A DNA stretch of 63,998 nt, the filler included, from an uncultured bacterium (GTDB lineage Bacteria > CAYJOG01), in assembly GCA_964371695.1 (NCBI GenBank). It is 6 parts of 6 records of this genome, joined end to end, with 100 filler letters (N's around TTAATTAATTAA, not from the genome) between each part and the next. Parts side by side here need not be neighbours in the genome. Positions count along the whole stretch, not along the records: positions 11,933 to 23,743 come from CAYJOG010000043.1; positions 23,844 to 35,489 come from CAYJOG010000044.1; 4 more parts are not named here. One strand, written 5' to 3'. The notes below the pieces were generated by a model. It saw only the letters and a list, made by a program, of their open reading frames with translations, was not told where the DNA came from and did no database searches. This document shows positions 18,773-27,604 of the stretch, in pieces. The position numbers were made by a program, and so were the translations under genes. Position 1 is the stretch's first letter, and each line of letters begins with the position of its first letter.

Positions 18773-20824
18773 TCACCCCGACCGCTGGTTGGTCTTGTCG
18801 GTTTTCATGTAGACCTTGCGTTCGGTGAACAGGCGCAGCAGGTCGCTGTCGATGTGGCCATCCTTTTCTTCAAAACCCAGAATCTGCAAGGCCTTGGCCA
18901 CAGGCATGGCCGGTTTATAGGGGCGGTCGCTGGCCGTGAGCGCATCGTAGATGTCCGAGATGGTCATCATTTTTGAACCCAGCGAAATCTGGTGCGACTG
19001 CAACCCCCGCGGATAACCGCTGCCGTTGAGTTTTTCGTGGTGGCCATAAGCGATTTCCGGCACATTGCGCATTTCGGGAATCCACGGAATCCGCTCCAGA
19101 AAATGAAAACTGTGGGTGACGTGGCTTTCGATTTCCTTGCGCTCGGCATCGTTCAGCGTGCCTTTTTTGATGGACAGGCACACCAACTCCTCGCCCAGCA
19201 GCAGGTGTTGGGGCGATCCGTAATAGTCGTTATAGGTTTTCTGGGCGATGCTCACCAGCTCTTCGCCCGCCTCCTGCGCCAGCACACTGGGTTCGTTGGC
19301 CTTGATCACCGTGTCCAGAAAATGATCCAGCTCGGCCAGATCGCGTTTTTCTTCTTCTTCAAGGTCGGTGCGGTTTTTGATGAACGCGTCTTTGCCTTCG
19401 CGCAACAGGTATTCCATGCGGTTTTCCAGGTGTTTGTAGCGGGCCATGAGGCGGGCGAAATCAAACCGGCCCTGAATGAGCGCCATGCGTTCTTCGTAAA
19501 GTTTTTTGGCCTTTACCAGCACGTGTTCGCGCACGCCGACCTTGCCAAAGTCGTGCAGCAGGCTGGCGTAACGTATCTCGCGGATTTCGTCGGTGGAAAA
19601 CTTCATGTCCCGGTAGGGACCGCTGCCCACTTCATCCACCGCCTGGGCCAGCCCCACCGTGAGCAGCGCCACGCGGCCGCTGTGGCCGCTGGTGGTGGGG
19701 TCCCGCTGTTCGATGGCCTGCACCGACGCCATCACAAACCCCTCAAACAGGTTCTGGATGTTTTCGAGGAACTGGTTGGTCTGCACCGTCACCGCCGCCT
19801 GACTGCCCAGGCTCAGCACCAGCTCCTGCGTGTCCAGGTCAAAAGCGATCACCTTTTCCACCGTGTTGGCAGGGGTGAGTTTCAGCGCCGGGTCGGGCTT
19901 GCGGTTGATGAGTTGCAGCACGCCGATGATTTCTTCGCGGTGGTTGCGCATGGGCACCACCACCATGCTCTTGGTGCGATACCCCACTTTTTCGTCAAAG
20001 GACCGGTTGAAGGTAAAACCTGTGCTGCCGTCCAGTTCATAGGCGTCACGGATGTTCAGCACGTTGCCCGTGGCGGCGGTGTAACCCGCCAGGGACTTGG
20101 TGTTGATGGGCAGGGTGAACTCGGCATAGTCCAGCTTGAGGCTGTCGTTCTGGCTCAGCTTGAAGCGCAGGCGTTTTTCGTAGGTGTCTTCGTCTTCTTC
20201 CACCAGATAAAGACTGCCGGCGTCGGCCTGGGTGATTTCGCGGGACTTGGTGAGAATGGTGCTGAGCAGGTGATCGGTGTCGCGCTCTGCCGAGAGCGCC
20301 ACGCCGATGCGGTTGAGTTCCGCCACCTTGCTGGTGGCCCCGTGGGCCTGGCGCTCAAGCTGCTGGTTTTCCCATTGCAGGGTCAAAAACCGGTAAGCCC
20401 GGCGCAGAGACCACAACAGGCGCTCGGTGTCCTGTGTGTCTTCCAGGTGGTCCAGATAACGCTCACCCAGGGTGTAAACCGCCTGGGGCGGCTGGCCCGG
20501 CCCCACCGACACAAAAGCCACCAGGGGCAGGCTCTTGAGCACGGCGTCCTGGGCCGCCAGCCTGAGCAAAAAGGCCGGTGAGCCAATGACCACCCCCAGT
20601 ATTTCTTCGTCTTCATCCCTGATTTCCCAGTCCAGCGGGGCGGTTTCCTGCGTCTCGGCAGCGCCCCCCGGCCCAGCGGCGGCCTGGGGCATGACGGCCC
20701 CTGCCCCCACGGCCACACGGGGCCGCAGCGGCGTCAACTCAACCTGAAAACGCGCCAGGGGCGTTTTCCAGGGGGCGGACTGCAAGGCTGGATCCACCCA
20801 CAATCGTTTAACAGGCTGACTCAT
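18773..20824 (-). CDS. GAF + HD-GYP phosphodiesterase (HD domain with helical insertion)
   Basis: GAF with GVLQLINRK, TSGHSGRV, LHDFGK, HHEKLNGSGYP, DIYDALTASDRPYK. Confidence 0.93.
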   Translation of the reverse strand: MSQPVKRLWVDPALQSAPWKTPLARFQVELTPLRPRVAVGAGAVMPQAAAGPGGAAETQETAPLDWEIRDEDEEILGVVIGSPAFLLRLAAQDAVLKSLPLVAFVSVGPGQPPQAVYTLGERYLDHLEDTQDTERLLWSLRRAYRFLTLQWENQQLERQAHGATSKVAELNRIGVALSAERDTDHLLSTILTKSREITQADAGSLYLVEEDEDTYEKRLRFKLSQNDSLKLDYAEFTLPINTKSLAGYTAATGNVLNIRDAYELDGSTGFTFNRSFDEKVGYRTKSMVVVPMRNHREEIIGVLQLINRKPDPALKLTPANTVEKVIAFDLDTQELVLSLGSQAAVTVQTNQFLENIQNLFEGFVMASVQAIEQRDPTTSGHSGRVALLTVGLAQAVDEVGSGPYRDMKFSTDEIREIRYASLLHDFGKVGVREHVLVKAKKLYEERMALIQGRFDFARLMARYKHLENRMEYLLREGKDAFIKNRTDLEEEEKRDLAELDHFLDTVIKANEPSVLAQEAGEELVSIAQKTYNDYYGSPQHLLLGEELVCLSIKKGTLNDAERKEIESHVTHSFHFLERIPWIPEMRNVPEIAYGHHEKLNGSGYPRGLQSHQISLGSKMMTISDIYDALTASDRPYKPAMPVAKALQILGFEEKDGHIDSDLLRLFTERKVYMKTDKTNQRSG

Positions 20825-20883
20825 GGATCCTCTGGCCAGTATAACACCGCCGGGTAAAACAGGCCGGTTGTGGCCACTGCCTT

Positions 20884-21092
20884 CATGGCTGTCAGGTTTA
20901 TGGAAGAAGTCGAGGAAATACAGGGATTTTTAACGTAGCCCCGGCGTCTCGCCGGGAGTATTTGCCGCGCCAGAGGCGCGCCCCTCGCAGTTTTTCCATC
21001 TTATTTCCATGAAAAACATCTATTTTGTGCCGCCTGCGGCGGTTTTTTTCTCCCGGCGAGACGCCGGGGCTACAGGTGAACCCGACAGCGGC
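20884..21092. mobile_element. ~210-bp MITE/REPIN-like element, copy 1
   Basis: Ends GCTGTCAGGTT / AACCCGACAGC; internal inverted pair GTAGCCCCGGCGTCTCGCCGGGAG; diverged reverse complement of 44683-44893. Confidence 0.8.
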
Positions 21093-21103
21093 AGGCGTAA
21101 CCT

Positions 21104-21394
21104 TTACATCAGCGGCACTCCTTCGCGGGCAACACGTTCCGCCAGTCCCCCGATCAGCGTCGCGTGCTCCACCACGTCCACCGACATGGGCAGGTTCGAG
21201 GCCGAGAACGCGTCTTTCAGCGCCTGCATCTGCCCGTGGCCCAGCGGCTCACCCGACAGGGCCAGGTCCAGGTCTGAAAAAGGCCGCGCCTTGCCCGTGG
21301 CGCGGGAGCCGAACACCAGCACCGTCCGCCCCGGCGCATAAAGCGCCAGAATACGGCGGACTTCCGACAGGTGTTCCGGTGAGAGGTCAATCAT
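21104..21394 (-). CDS. Minimal nucleotidyltransferase (MNT) antitoxin
   Basis: VFGSRATGKARPFSDLDL (GSx10DxD), VDVV; ATG 21394 overlaps HEPN gene end. Confidence 0.9.
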   Translation of the reverse strand: MIDLSPEHLSEVRRILALYAPGRTVLVFGSRATGKARPFSDLDLALSGEPLGHGQMQALKDAFSASNLPMSVDVVEHATLIGGLAERVAREGVPLM

Positions 21395-21806
21395 TGGCGG
21401 CTTCGAGACGGGCCAGCAGGGCCTGGGCATCGTCATGAAACCGCAGGGCGGTTTCAAAAACCCCGGCAGCCTTGGACTGGTCATCGATGTGGCTGGTGAG
21501 GTTGCGGGCCTCGCCATATTCAAACCAGGGCGCAGGGTCCGGGACAAGGCCGTGGCGCGCCGCCAGGCGAAAAAGCTCCTTGCGGGTGCGGGGCTGGGCG
21601 GCTTCCTCGGCGTTCGTGTTTTCGCGCAGCCACCGCTGCATGAACTTCCAGCACAGTTCATAGGCCACCTCAAACTGCTGTATCACGCCGGCCCGCAGGG
21701 TCTCCTGCACTTCCGGGTCCAGGGCCGGGGCCTGATGCTGCACCACGGCCACAGAGCGCCCCAAGGCGTCAATGGCGTTTTTCAGGCTTTGCAGGTCCAG
21801 GGGCAA
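21387..21806 (-). CDS. HEPN toxin / nucleotidyltransferase substrate-binding protein (HI0074-like)
   Basis: GVIQQFEVAYELCWK, KELFRLA, RNLTSH (Rx4H). Confidence 0.9.
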   Translation of the reverse strand: MPLDLQSLKNAIDALGRSVAVVQHQAPALDPEVQETLRAGVIQQFEVAYELCWKFMQRWLRENTNAEEAAQPRTRKELFRLAARHGLVPDPAPWFEYGEARNLTSHIDDQSKAAGVFETALRFHDDAQALLARLEAAND

Positions 21807-21833
21807 GGTTTTCTCCGGTCAGGAGATTTTACT

Positions 21834-22844
21834 TCACACCCGCGACATGGCCCGCTCGGCCACGCCGCGATAAAAAATGGCGTTCATCACCGTGGCAAGC
21901 GGCAGCCACATGATCCAGCCCCAGATGGGCACCAACATGCCCGCCAGCCCCACCAGCCCCACCCATCCCGCCAGTGACAAGGCCGCCCCGGCGTTTTCAC
22001 GGATAAGCGTATTCACCCGGCTGACCAGGGGGCCGAACTGGATGTCCGGCTCATCGTTCAACACGCCATAACCAATTTGGATGCCGATCTGCACCAACAC
22101 ACCAAATAGCGCCATGGGAATAATGGCCAGCAGCACAAAAATCACCATGCCGGTGCCCAGGGCCGAAGGTGCGCCACCACCGCCGCTGCTGGCCTTGAAA
22201 GCCCCCATCACACCCGGCGCGGCCACCGCGATCAGAATGCCGAACAGCAGGATGGGCACCCCCATCATCAACATGCCCACCAGCCCCAGGCCAAAACTGC
22301 GGCCCGTGGCCTTGAAGCCGCTGAACAACAGGCCCCAGTTGATTTCACCAGCGTCATAAAAGTGGAGCACCGTCTTGACCATCCCCAGGCTGAGGGGAGC
22401 CATGATCACCCAGGCGGCGATGGCCCCCACAAAGGGAACAATGCCCAGCAACTGGGTGCCCATGAGCAGGAAAAACCACACCACATGCAGGCCGAACAGC
22501 GCCATGCGGTTGTTGCCTGCGGCGGCGTTGGCCTCGGCGAGTATTTCGCGGGCAACCACCGTGCCCGGATAACGCCGTCCTTCGCCAGACAGGGTGAAGG
22601 GGGCCTCCTGAGGAATCGGCGGCGGCGGCACCATGGGCGGCGTCTGCATGGACGCAGGCAGGGGCGCGGGAGCAACGGGCGGCATTTGCATGGACCGGGG
22701 CAGCGACGGCGGGGCGGTCAGGTTCACCGGCTGGGCGGGCGTGGCCGAGGCCTGGGGCAGCACGCCTTCCAGCGCGGTGCCGCACTTGGTGCAATGCTTG
22801 TCGTCCGCCGTGTTTTCGGCTCGACAGAATGGGCAAATTTTCAT
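21834..22844 (-). CDS. Zinc-ribbon + Pro-rich linker + multi-pass membrane protein
   Basis: CPFC..CTKCG, Pro-rich spacer, about 5-6 hydrophobic helices. Confidence 0.8.
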   Translation of the reverse strand: MKICPFCRAENTADDKHCTKCGTALEGVLPQASATPAQPVNLTAPPSLPRSMQMPPVAPAPLPASMQTPPMVPPPPIPQEAPFTLSGEGRRYPGTVVAREILAEANAAAGNNRMALFGLHVVWFFLLMGTQLLGIVPFVGAIAAWVIMAPLSLGMVKTVLHFYDAGEINWGLLFSGFKATGRSFGLGLVGMLMMGVPILLFGILIAVAAPGVMGAFKASSGGGGAPSALGTGMVIFVLLAIIPMALFGVLVQIGIQIGYGVLNDEPDIQFGPLVSRVNTLIRENAGAALSLAGWVGLVGLAGMLVPIWGWIMWLPLATVMNAIFYRGVAERAMSRV

Positions 22845-22919
22845 GGGAGTGTTCAGTTTATGGACTTTGGCCCGCAAAAGCCAGTTCGGGATTTATGCAA
22901 TAAGTTCTACAATGCCGCC

Positions 22920-23522
22920 ATGGCCACCGAACGCATCCTGCTCTTGCGACACGCCGAGGGTGAACACAACCTGCTGGAAATGCTGGATCCCTTGAGCGCC
23001 GAGGCGTTCACCGAGCGCCAGCACATCAACGTGGGCGCGCAACTCACCGAAAAGGGTCTGGCCCAGGCCGAAGAAGCCGCCGACCAACTGGAGCACGAGG
23101 GCATCGACCACATCATCGTCAGCCCTTTTGACCGCACCCTGGACACCGCCCGCCCCCTGCTGAGCCGCCTGGGCGTGGAGCCCCAGGTGTGGGTGGAACT
23201 CTCAGAGATTTTGCCCGCCGGTTTGCCTCCGCCGGTGCTGGCGGCCAACACCACGCTGCCCGCTTTTGTGCATTACGGCCTGGGGTTTGCCAACAAACTT
23301 TTTCAGAGCGACTCGCCGGGCGTGGCCGAAACCGTGGGGGGCGCGTGGCTCCGGGCCAGCGCCGCGCTGTGGCGGCTGGGCGAACTGGAGGGCACCGTGC
23401 TGGCGGTGACCCACGGCGGCATGATCGGCGCCATGGTAAGCCAAGCGGCCATCTCCGGCCACTGGCGCATCAAACGGGCCTCGCTTGAAAACGCGGGCAT
23501 CAGCGAGTTTGTCAGGCGGTAA
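22920..23522 (+). CDS. Histidine phosphatase family protein
   Basis: LLRHAEG, LTEKG, SPFDRTLDTA, VTHGG. Confidence 0.85.
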   Translation: MATERILLLRHAEGEHNLLEMLDPLSAEAFTERQHINVGAQLTEKGLAQAEEAADQLEHEGIDHIIVSPFDRTLDTARPLLSRLGVEPQVWVELSEILPAGLPPPVLAANTTLPAFVHYGLGFANKLFQSDSPGVAETVGGAWLRASAALWRLGELEGTVLAVTHGGMIGAMVSQAAISGHWRIKRASLENAGISEFVRR

Positions 23523-23863
23523 CACAAGGGACTGGAAGTTGGGGGTTGGTCACAGCAGTAGCCACGGGCGTCTCGCCTGTGGCAAAACCAAAAGCCCAAA
23601 ACCCTTTTCTATTTTCTTTCAGTGAAGCGGGCGGGACGCCCGTCTTCTAATACAAATTTTCAATCGAAACAACATTAACCCTGAGCGCTGAGCCGGTTTG
23701 GAAATGGGTGCTGCGAAGTCCGGCGGTTCGGTGAAAATTGGTANNNNNNNNNNNNNNNNNNNNNNNNNNNNNNNNNNNNNNNNNNNNTTAATTAATTAAN
23801 NNNNNNNNNNNNNNNNNNNNNNNNNNNNNNNNNNNNNNNNNNNGCACCCCCCTGCGGGGCCAC

Positions 23864-25003
23864 GTGGTGCGTCTGGCCCGGCGCATCGAAAAAATCGCCG
23901 TGCTTTGCCTGGGACTGGGCGCGGTGGGGGGGGTGGTGTGGTTGTTTGTCTACGCCGCCCGCCACAACCCCAGGGCCAGGCCCCTGCGCCTGACACAGGC
24001 CGAGCGCCTGCTGGTGGTGGCCCCGCACCCCGACGACGAAATGGTGCTGGCGGGGGGGCTGATGCTGATGAATCTCAAACTCGGCGGCGTAACGCGGGTG
24101 GTGTATCTCACCGACGGCGACGCCTATCTCTCTGGCAAATGGGGCGACCTCTATGCCATCCGCCGCCGCCGCGAAGCCAGAAGCGCCCTCAAGGCCCTGG
24201 GGGTGCCCCGCGACAGTCAGCGGTTTTTTGGCCTGAACGATTCGTTTGACACCCTCACGCCCCAAAAAACCCTCTGGCTCAAAAACCGCCTTAAAAAAGA
24301 GGTGGCGGACTTTGCCCCCTCGCTGGTGATCGCCCCGGCCTATGAGGGCGGCCATTGTCTGCACGACGTGTCGAGCGCTCTCACCGCCCACGCCGTGGCC
24401 GAAACCCACCAGCCCACCCGGCTGTGGGAGGGCACGGAGTACAACCCCTATTTCGGCATCGAGACCCCCCGCAAAACCCTGGCCCCCGTGGCCAACCTGC
24501 TGCTCAAGCTGCTGCCGGGCAAGCTCCTGCTCCGGCCAGAGCCGGTGTTTATTCCCCGTGGGGCGGGGGCCGAGCAAAAGCGGGTGCCGGTTTATCGCAC
24601 CCACCTCACCTATGCCGAGCGGCGGAAAAAACTGACGGCCCTGCGCAAATACGCCAGTCAGAACCTGCAACAGCGTCTCACCCGCCGCTTTGGTCGGGCA
24701 GAGTGGCTCAGGCCCTATCCCGGTTATGACTATGCCAAACCGCCGTTTGAACACGCCCGCAGCCTGAACTACCGCCTGTGCGACCGCTGGCTGGGGGGCA
24801 CGGCCCTGGGCCAGTGGGCGCTGGCGCAATATGGCACGCCCGCCTGGGCTGGCCTGCCGGGGGCCTGGGGGGGCATCAGCGCGCCCCACCCGGCCCGCAG
24901 TTGCCTGGAATACAGCGTGTGCCACATCACCCACGATCAGTTCCTGCAAAAACTGCCCGAAAGCTGGCGCAGGGGGCGTTTTTTGCCCGCCAGAAGCGAA
25001 TAA
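23864..25003 (+). CDS. PIG-L/LmbE family deacetylase with N-terminal anchor
   Basis: VVAPHPDDE, YLTDG, RRREA, EGGHCLHD, YASQ. Confidence 0.8.
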   Translation: MVRLARRIEKIAVLCLGLGAVGGVVWLFVYAARHNPRARPLRLTQAERLLVVAPHPDDEMVLAGGLMLMNLKLGGVTRVVYLTDGDAYLSGKWGDLYAIRRRREARSALKALGVPRDSQRFFGLNDSFDTLTPQKTLWLKNRLKKEVADFAPSLVIAPAYEGGHCLHDVSSALTAHAVAETHQPTRLWEGTEYNPYFGIETPRKTLAPVANLLLKLLPGKLLLRPEPVFIPRGAGAEQKRVPVYRTHLTYAERRKKLTALRKYASQNLQQRLTRRFGRAEWLRPYPGYDYAKPPFEHARSLNYRLCDRWLGGTALGQWALAQYGTPAWAGLPGAWGGISAPHPARSCLEYSVCHITHDQFLQKLPESWRRGRFLPARSE

Positions 25004-25137
25004 CGGATTTTACAGGCAATGTCAAGCGGGCTTGGCCTGTAAAGGCTGCGATTTTTTACCGTGTTGACACGCATGGGTGTTTCTGCCTTAATGACCGCCT
25101 GACGGGCCACCGTCGAAAAAAAACAGAGGAGAATAAC

Positions 25138-25494
25138 ATGCTGAAAAAATGGTCCATGTTGCTTGCCACCATGCTGGCTTTCGGTTCGGTGGCCGTCGTC
25201 ACCACCGGCTGTAAGAAACCGGAACAGGCCGAAACCAACGCCTGTGGCGAAGGTGAAGAAGCCGCTGGTGAAGAAGCCCCCGCCGAAGGCGAAGAAGCCC
25301 CCGCCGAAGGTGAAGAAGCCGAAGGCGAAGAAGCCCCCGCCGAGGAAAACGCCTGTGGTGAGGCTCCCGCCGAAGGCGAAGAAGCTCCCGCCGAAGGTGA
25401 AGAAGCCGCTGGCGAAGAAGCTCCTGCCGAGGAAAACGCCTGTGGTGAAGCTCCTGCCGAAGAAGCTCCCGCTGAAGAAGGCGCCGGCGAGTAA
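25138..25494 (+). CDS. Small acidic repeat lipoprotein with three NACGE motifs
   Basis: GAGGAG SD, signal peptide ending VTTG-C, Glu/Ala/Gly/Pro repeats, downstream terminator. Confidence 0.85.
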   Translation: MLKKWSMLLATMLAFGSVAVVTTGCKKPEQAETNACGEGEEAAGEEAPAEGEEAPAEGEEAEGEEAPAEENACGEAPAEGEEAPAEGEEAAGEEAPAEENACGEAPAEEAPAEEGAGE

Positions 25495-25550
25495 TCGCCT
25501 GCTCTTTTCCCTGGCCGCTTGAAGGCCTGGGCTAACTGAAGCAAACAAGA

Positions 25551-25582
25551 AGGCACCCCCTTGTGGGGTGCTTTTTGTTTTT
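25551..25582 (+). terminator. Intrinsic terminator
   Basis: GCACCCC-cttgt-GGGGTGC followed by T-rich tract. Confidence 0.75.
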
Positions 25583-25693
25583 TGAAGAGGTTGTTGGCCT
25601 GTCGTCTCTGTTTCCTGTTTTGAAGTAACCGGGAACCTTTTGTACCCGCCTTGCGTTTTGCTTGCCACATCAAAAGCAAAGAAGGTGGTTTCC

Positions 25694-26230
25694 ATGCCAG
25701 CCCCTGATCACGCCAACAGTCTTGCCCCCGGTTTCAGTCTTCAGAACCATGAGGGGAATTGGGTCTCTTTTTCTCCCCCAACCGGTAAAAAAACATGGGT
25801 GGCCTTTTTTCGTTACCCCTCCTGTCCCCTTTGCAATTTGCGAATTCACGAGATGCGCCAGCGATGGCCCAAATGGCACGAGGCCGGTCTGGAAATCCTG
25901 GCCATTTTTCAAAGCGACCTGCCAACCATGCGGCAGTACGTGGCGCGTCAGGAACCGGAATTTCCCCTGTTGTGCGACCCAGATGAGGCAACCTATGGGC
26001 CTTATGGCCTGGGGGCAGCATGGTCAGCCATGCTTTCCCCTGCCGTCATGGTCAAAATGGGCAGAGCCATGTCCCTGGGTTACAAACCCGGCAAAACCCA
26101 TGGGACAAAAAACAGGATTCCGGGCGATTTTCTGATTGGCGCGGATGGGCGGATTGCCGATTTGTTTCACGGCAGGGACATTGGCGAGCACATTCCATTT
26201 GAACGCGTCGAGGCATTTATCCGTGTATGA
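25694..26230 (+). CDS. Peroxiredoxin-like (AhpC/TSA) redoxin
   Basis: APGFSL, FFRYPSCPLCNLR, LLCDPD, PGDFLIGADGRI. Confidence 0.85.
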   Translation: MPAPDHANSLAPGFSLQNHEGNWVSFSPPTGKKTWVAFFRYPSCPLCNLRIHEMRQRWPKWHEAGLEILAIFQSDLPTMRQYVARQEPEFPLLCDPDEATYGPYGLGAAWSAMLSPAVMVKMGRAMSLGYKPGKTHGTKNRIPGDFLIGADGRIADLFHGRDIGEHIPFERVEAFIRV

Positions 26231-26288
26231 AAATACACGCGGAACTTTTCTGCCGCATTCCGCGTTTGGAACAAAAAGGAGGCAATCA

Positions 26289-26714
26289 ATGAAAAAACTC
26301 AACCTTAAAGTAAAATTCCTGGCCCTGGCCGGGTTGACCGTTCTGGCTGTTGCGGGAAGTGGGTTTCACCAAAAGGCCAAAGCCGCGTCCGCCCCCAAGA
26401 TTTACGCGGTTTCATTTTACGCCGACTGGTGCGGCACTTGCCGGGTGCTGGGACCAAAACTCAAAACAGTGATGGGTCAGACCATGGGCATGCCCGTGAA
26501 ATTTGTCATGCTGGATCAATCCACCGCCGCCACTACCGCCAATTCGGTCAAAAAGCTTTCGGCCATGAATTTTGGCCAGGAATGGAAAAAACATCTCGGA
26601 AAAACAGGATTCACGGGCCTTTACAACGCCAAAACCGGCAAGGAAGTCGGTCTTCTCACCGTTAAACAAACGCCGGAAAAAATGGTGAAAACACTGAAAA
26701 AAGCACTCATGTGA
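26289..26714 (+). CDS. Exported thioredoxin-like protein
   Basis: AGGAGG SD, signal peptide ending AKA, FYADWCGTC. Confidence 0.85.
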   Translation: MKKLNLKVKFLALAGLTVLAVAGSGFHQKAKAASAPKIYAVSFYADWCGTCRVLGPKLKTVMGQTMGMPVKFVMLDQSTAATTANSVKKLSAMNFGQEWKKHLGKTGFTGLYNAKTGKEVGLLTVKQTPEKMVKTLKKALM

Positions 26715-26806
26715 CAGATGGCGGGGCCTTGATGCACCCCGCCATCTGTCAGAGCCTGCTCAGGCTATCAGGGAATTCACCATTTATTTCGCGGCAAGGA
26801 GGGAGC

Positions 26807-27529
26807 ATGAGTTACGGGGTGAAAATAATAATCTTCGCAGTACTTTCCGCACTTATTTCTGCTGGCATGGGATTGCATCAACACATGGTGGTTGTGCAAA
26901 ACAACCGTCTTGAGGAAGATCTGAAAACAAATCTTGATCTGGTGGACCGGTTTTTTTTGTCCAAGATGAAAATGGAACAACTCATGGCGCCGTCGCTGAA
27001 AGCCTTTATGGATTTCGAGGTTGAAACGGCTGAAAAAACCGAATGGGCACTGCAAAAAGATTTTATGGACAGTCTTGGCGTTTTGAGAGAACTTACGCGA
27101 AAAGCTGGCCTGAGCGCGTCTGTGCCAATTCTCGAAGAGGTTCAACAACGCTGCGTTCGGGACATGCGAAACAAAAAAGCCTATTACTTCAAACTGAACC
27201 AGTTCGCCGAGGCCACGGAAGGGACGGACCAATGGCGGCTCGGACACAAAGTGAATGAACAGCTGGTTTTCATGTTAAAAGAAAACAGCCAGACCCAAAC
27301 ACTGTTTGCCAAGGCCATGAAACTGGCGATTGAACAATCCGGCAGATCGGCGATGGACATCAACCACCAGACAAAAACTTTACGTCTGGGGGTTGGGGCG
27401 GCAGGGTTATTCAGCGCAGGGCTGCTTGTTTACGGCCTTTTGTTACAGCGCAAACTTCGTTCCTCCATGCAATTCCTGGTGAACGCCATCTCGCGGGTAG
27501 CGGCAGGGGACCTGACCGTGCGGTTTTAA
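26807..27529 (+). pseudogene. Sensor fragment (TM-periplasmic-TM) ending inside a HAMP domain; probable truncated chemoreceptor/kinase
   Basis: Two TM helices then LVNAISRVAAGDLTVRF-stop; no downstream signalling domain. Confidence 0.6.
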
Positions 27530-27564
27530 CACCCACGTGGGTTCCCAAAAAATCTCCGTTTGAA

Positions 27565-27594
27565 TTAGCAGGGTGCTGATCAACACCCTGCTAA
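27565..27594. mobile_element. Fused terminal inverted repeats (collapsed MITE)
   Basis: TTAGCAGGGTGCTGA/TCAACACCCTGCTAA; same ends as 61368-61516. Confidence 0.6.
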
Positions 27595-27604
27595 CCTTTC
27601 CCAC

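Noticed and set aside
25230..25490. Tandem nucleotide repeats resembling an array
   Set aside because: In-frame coding repeats of the acidic lipoprotein; no unique spacers, so not CRISPR
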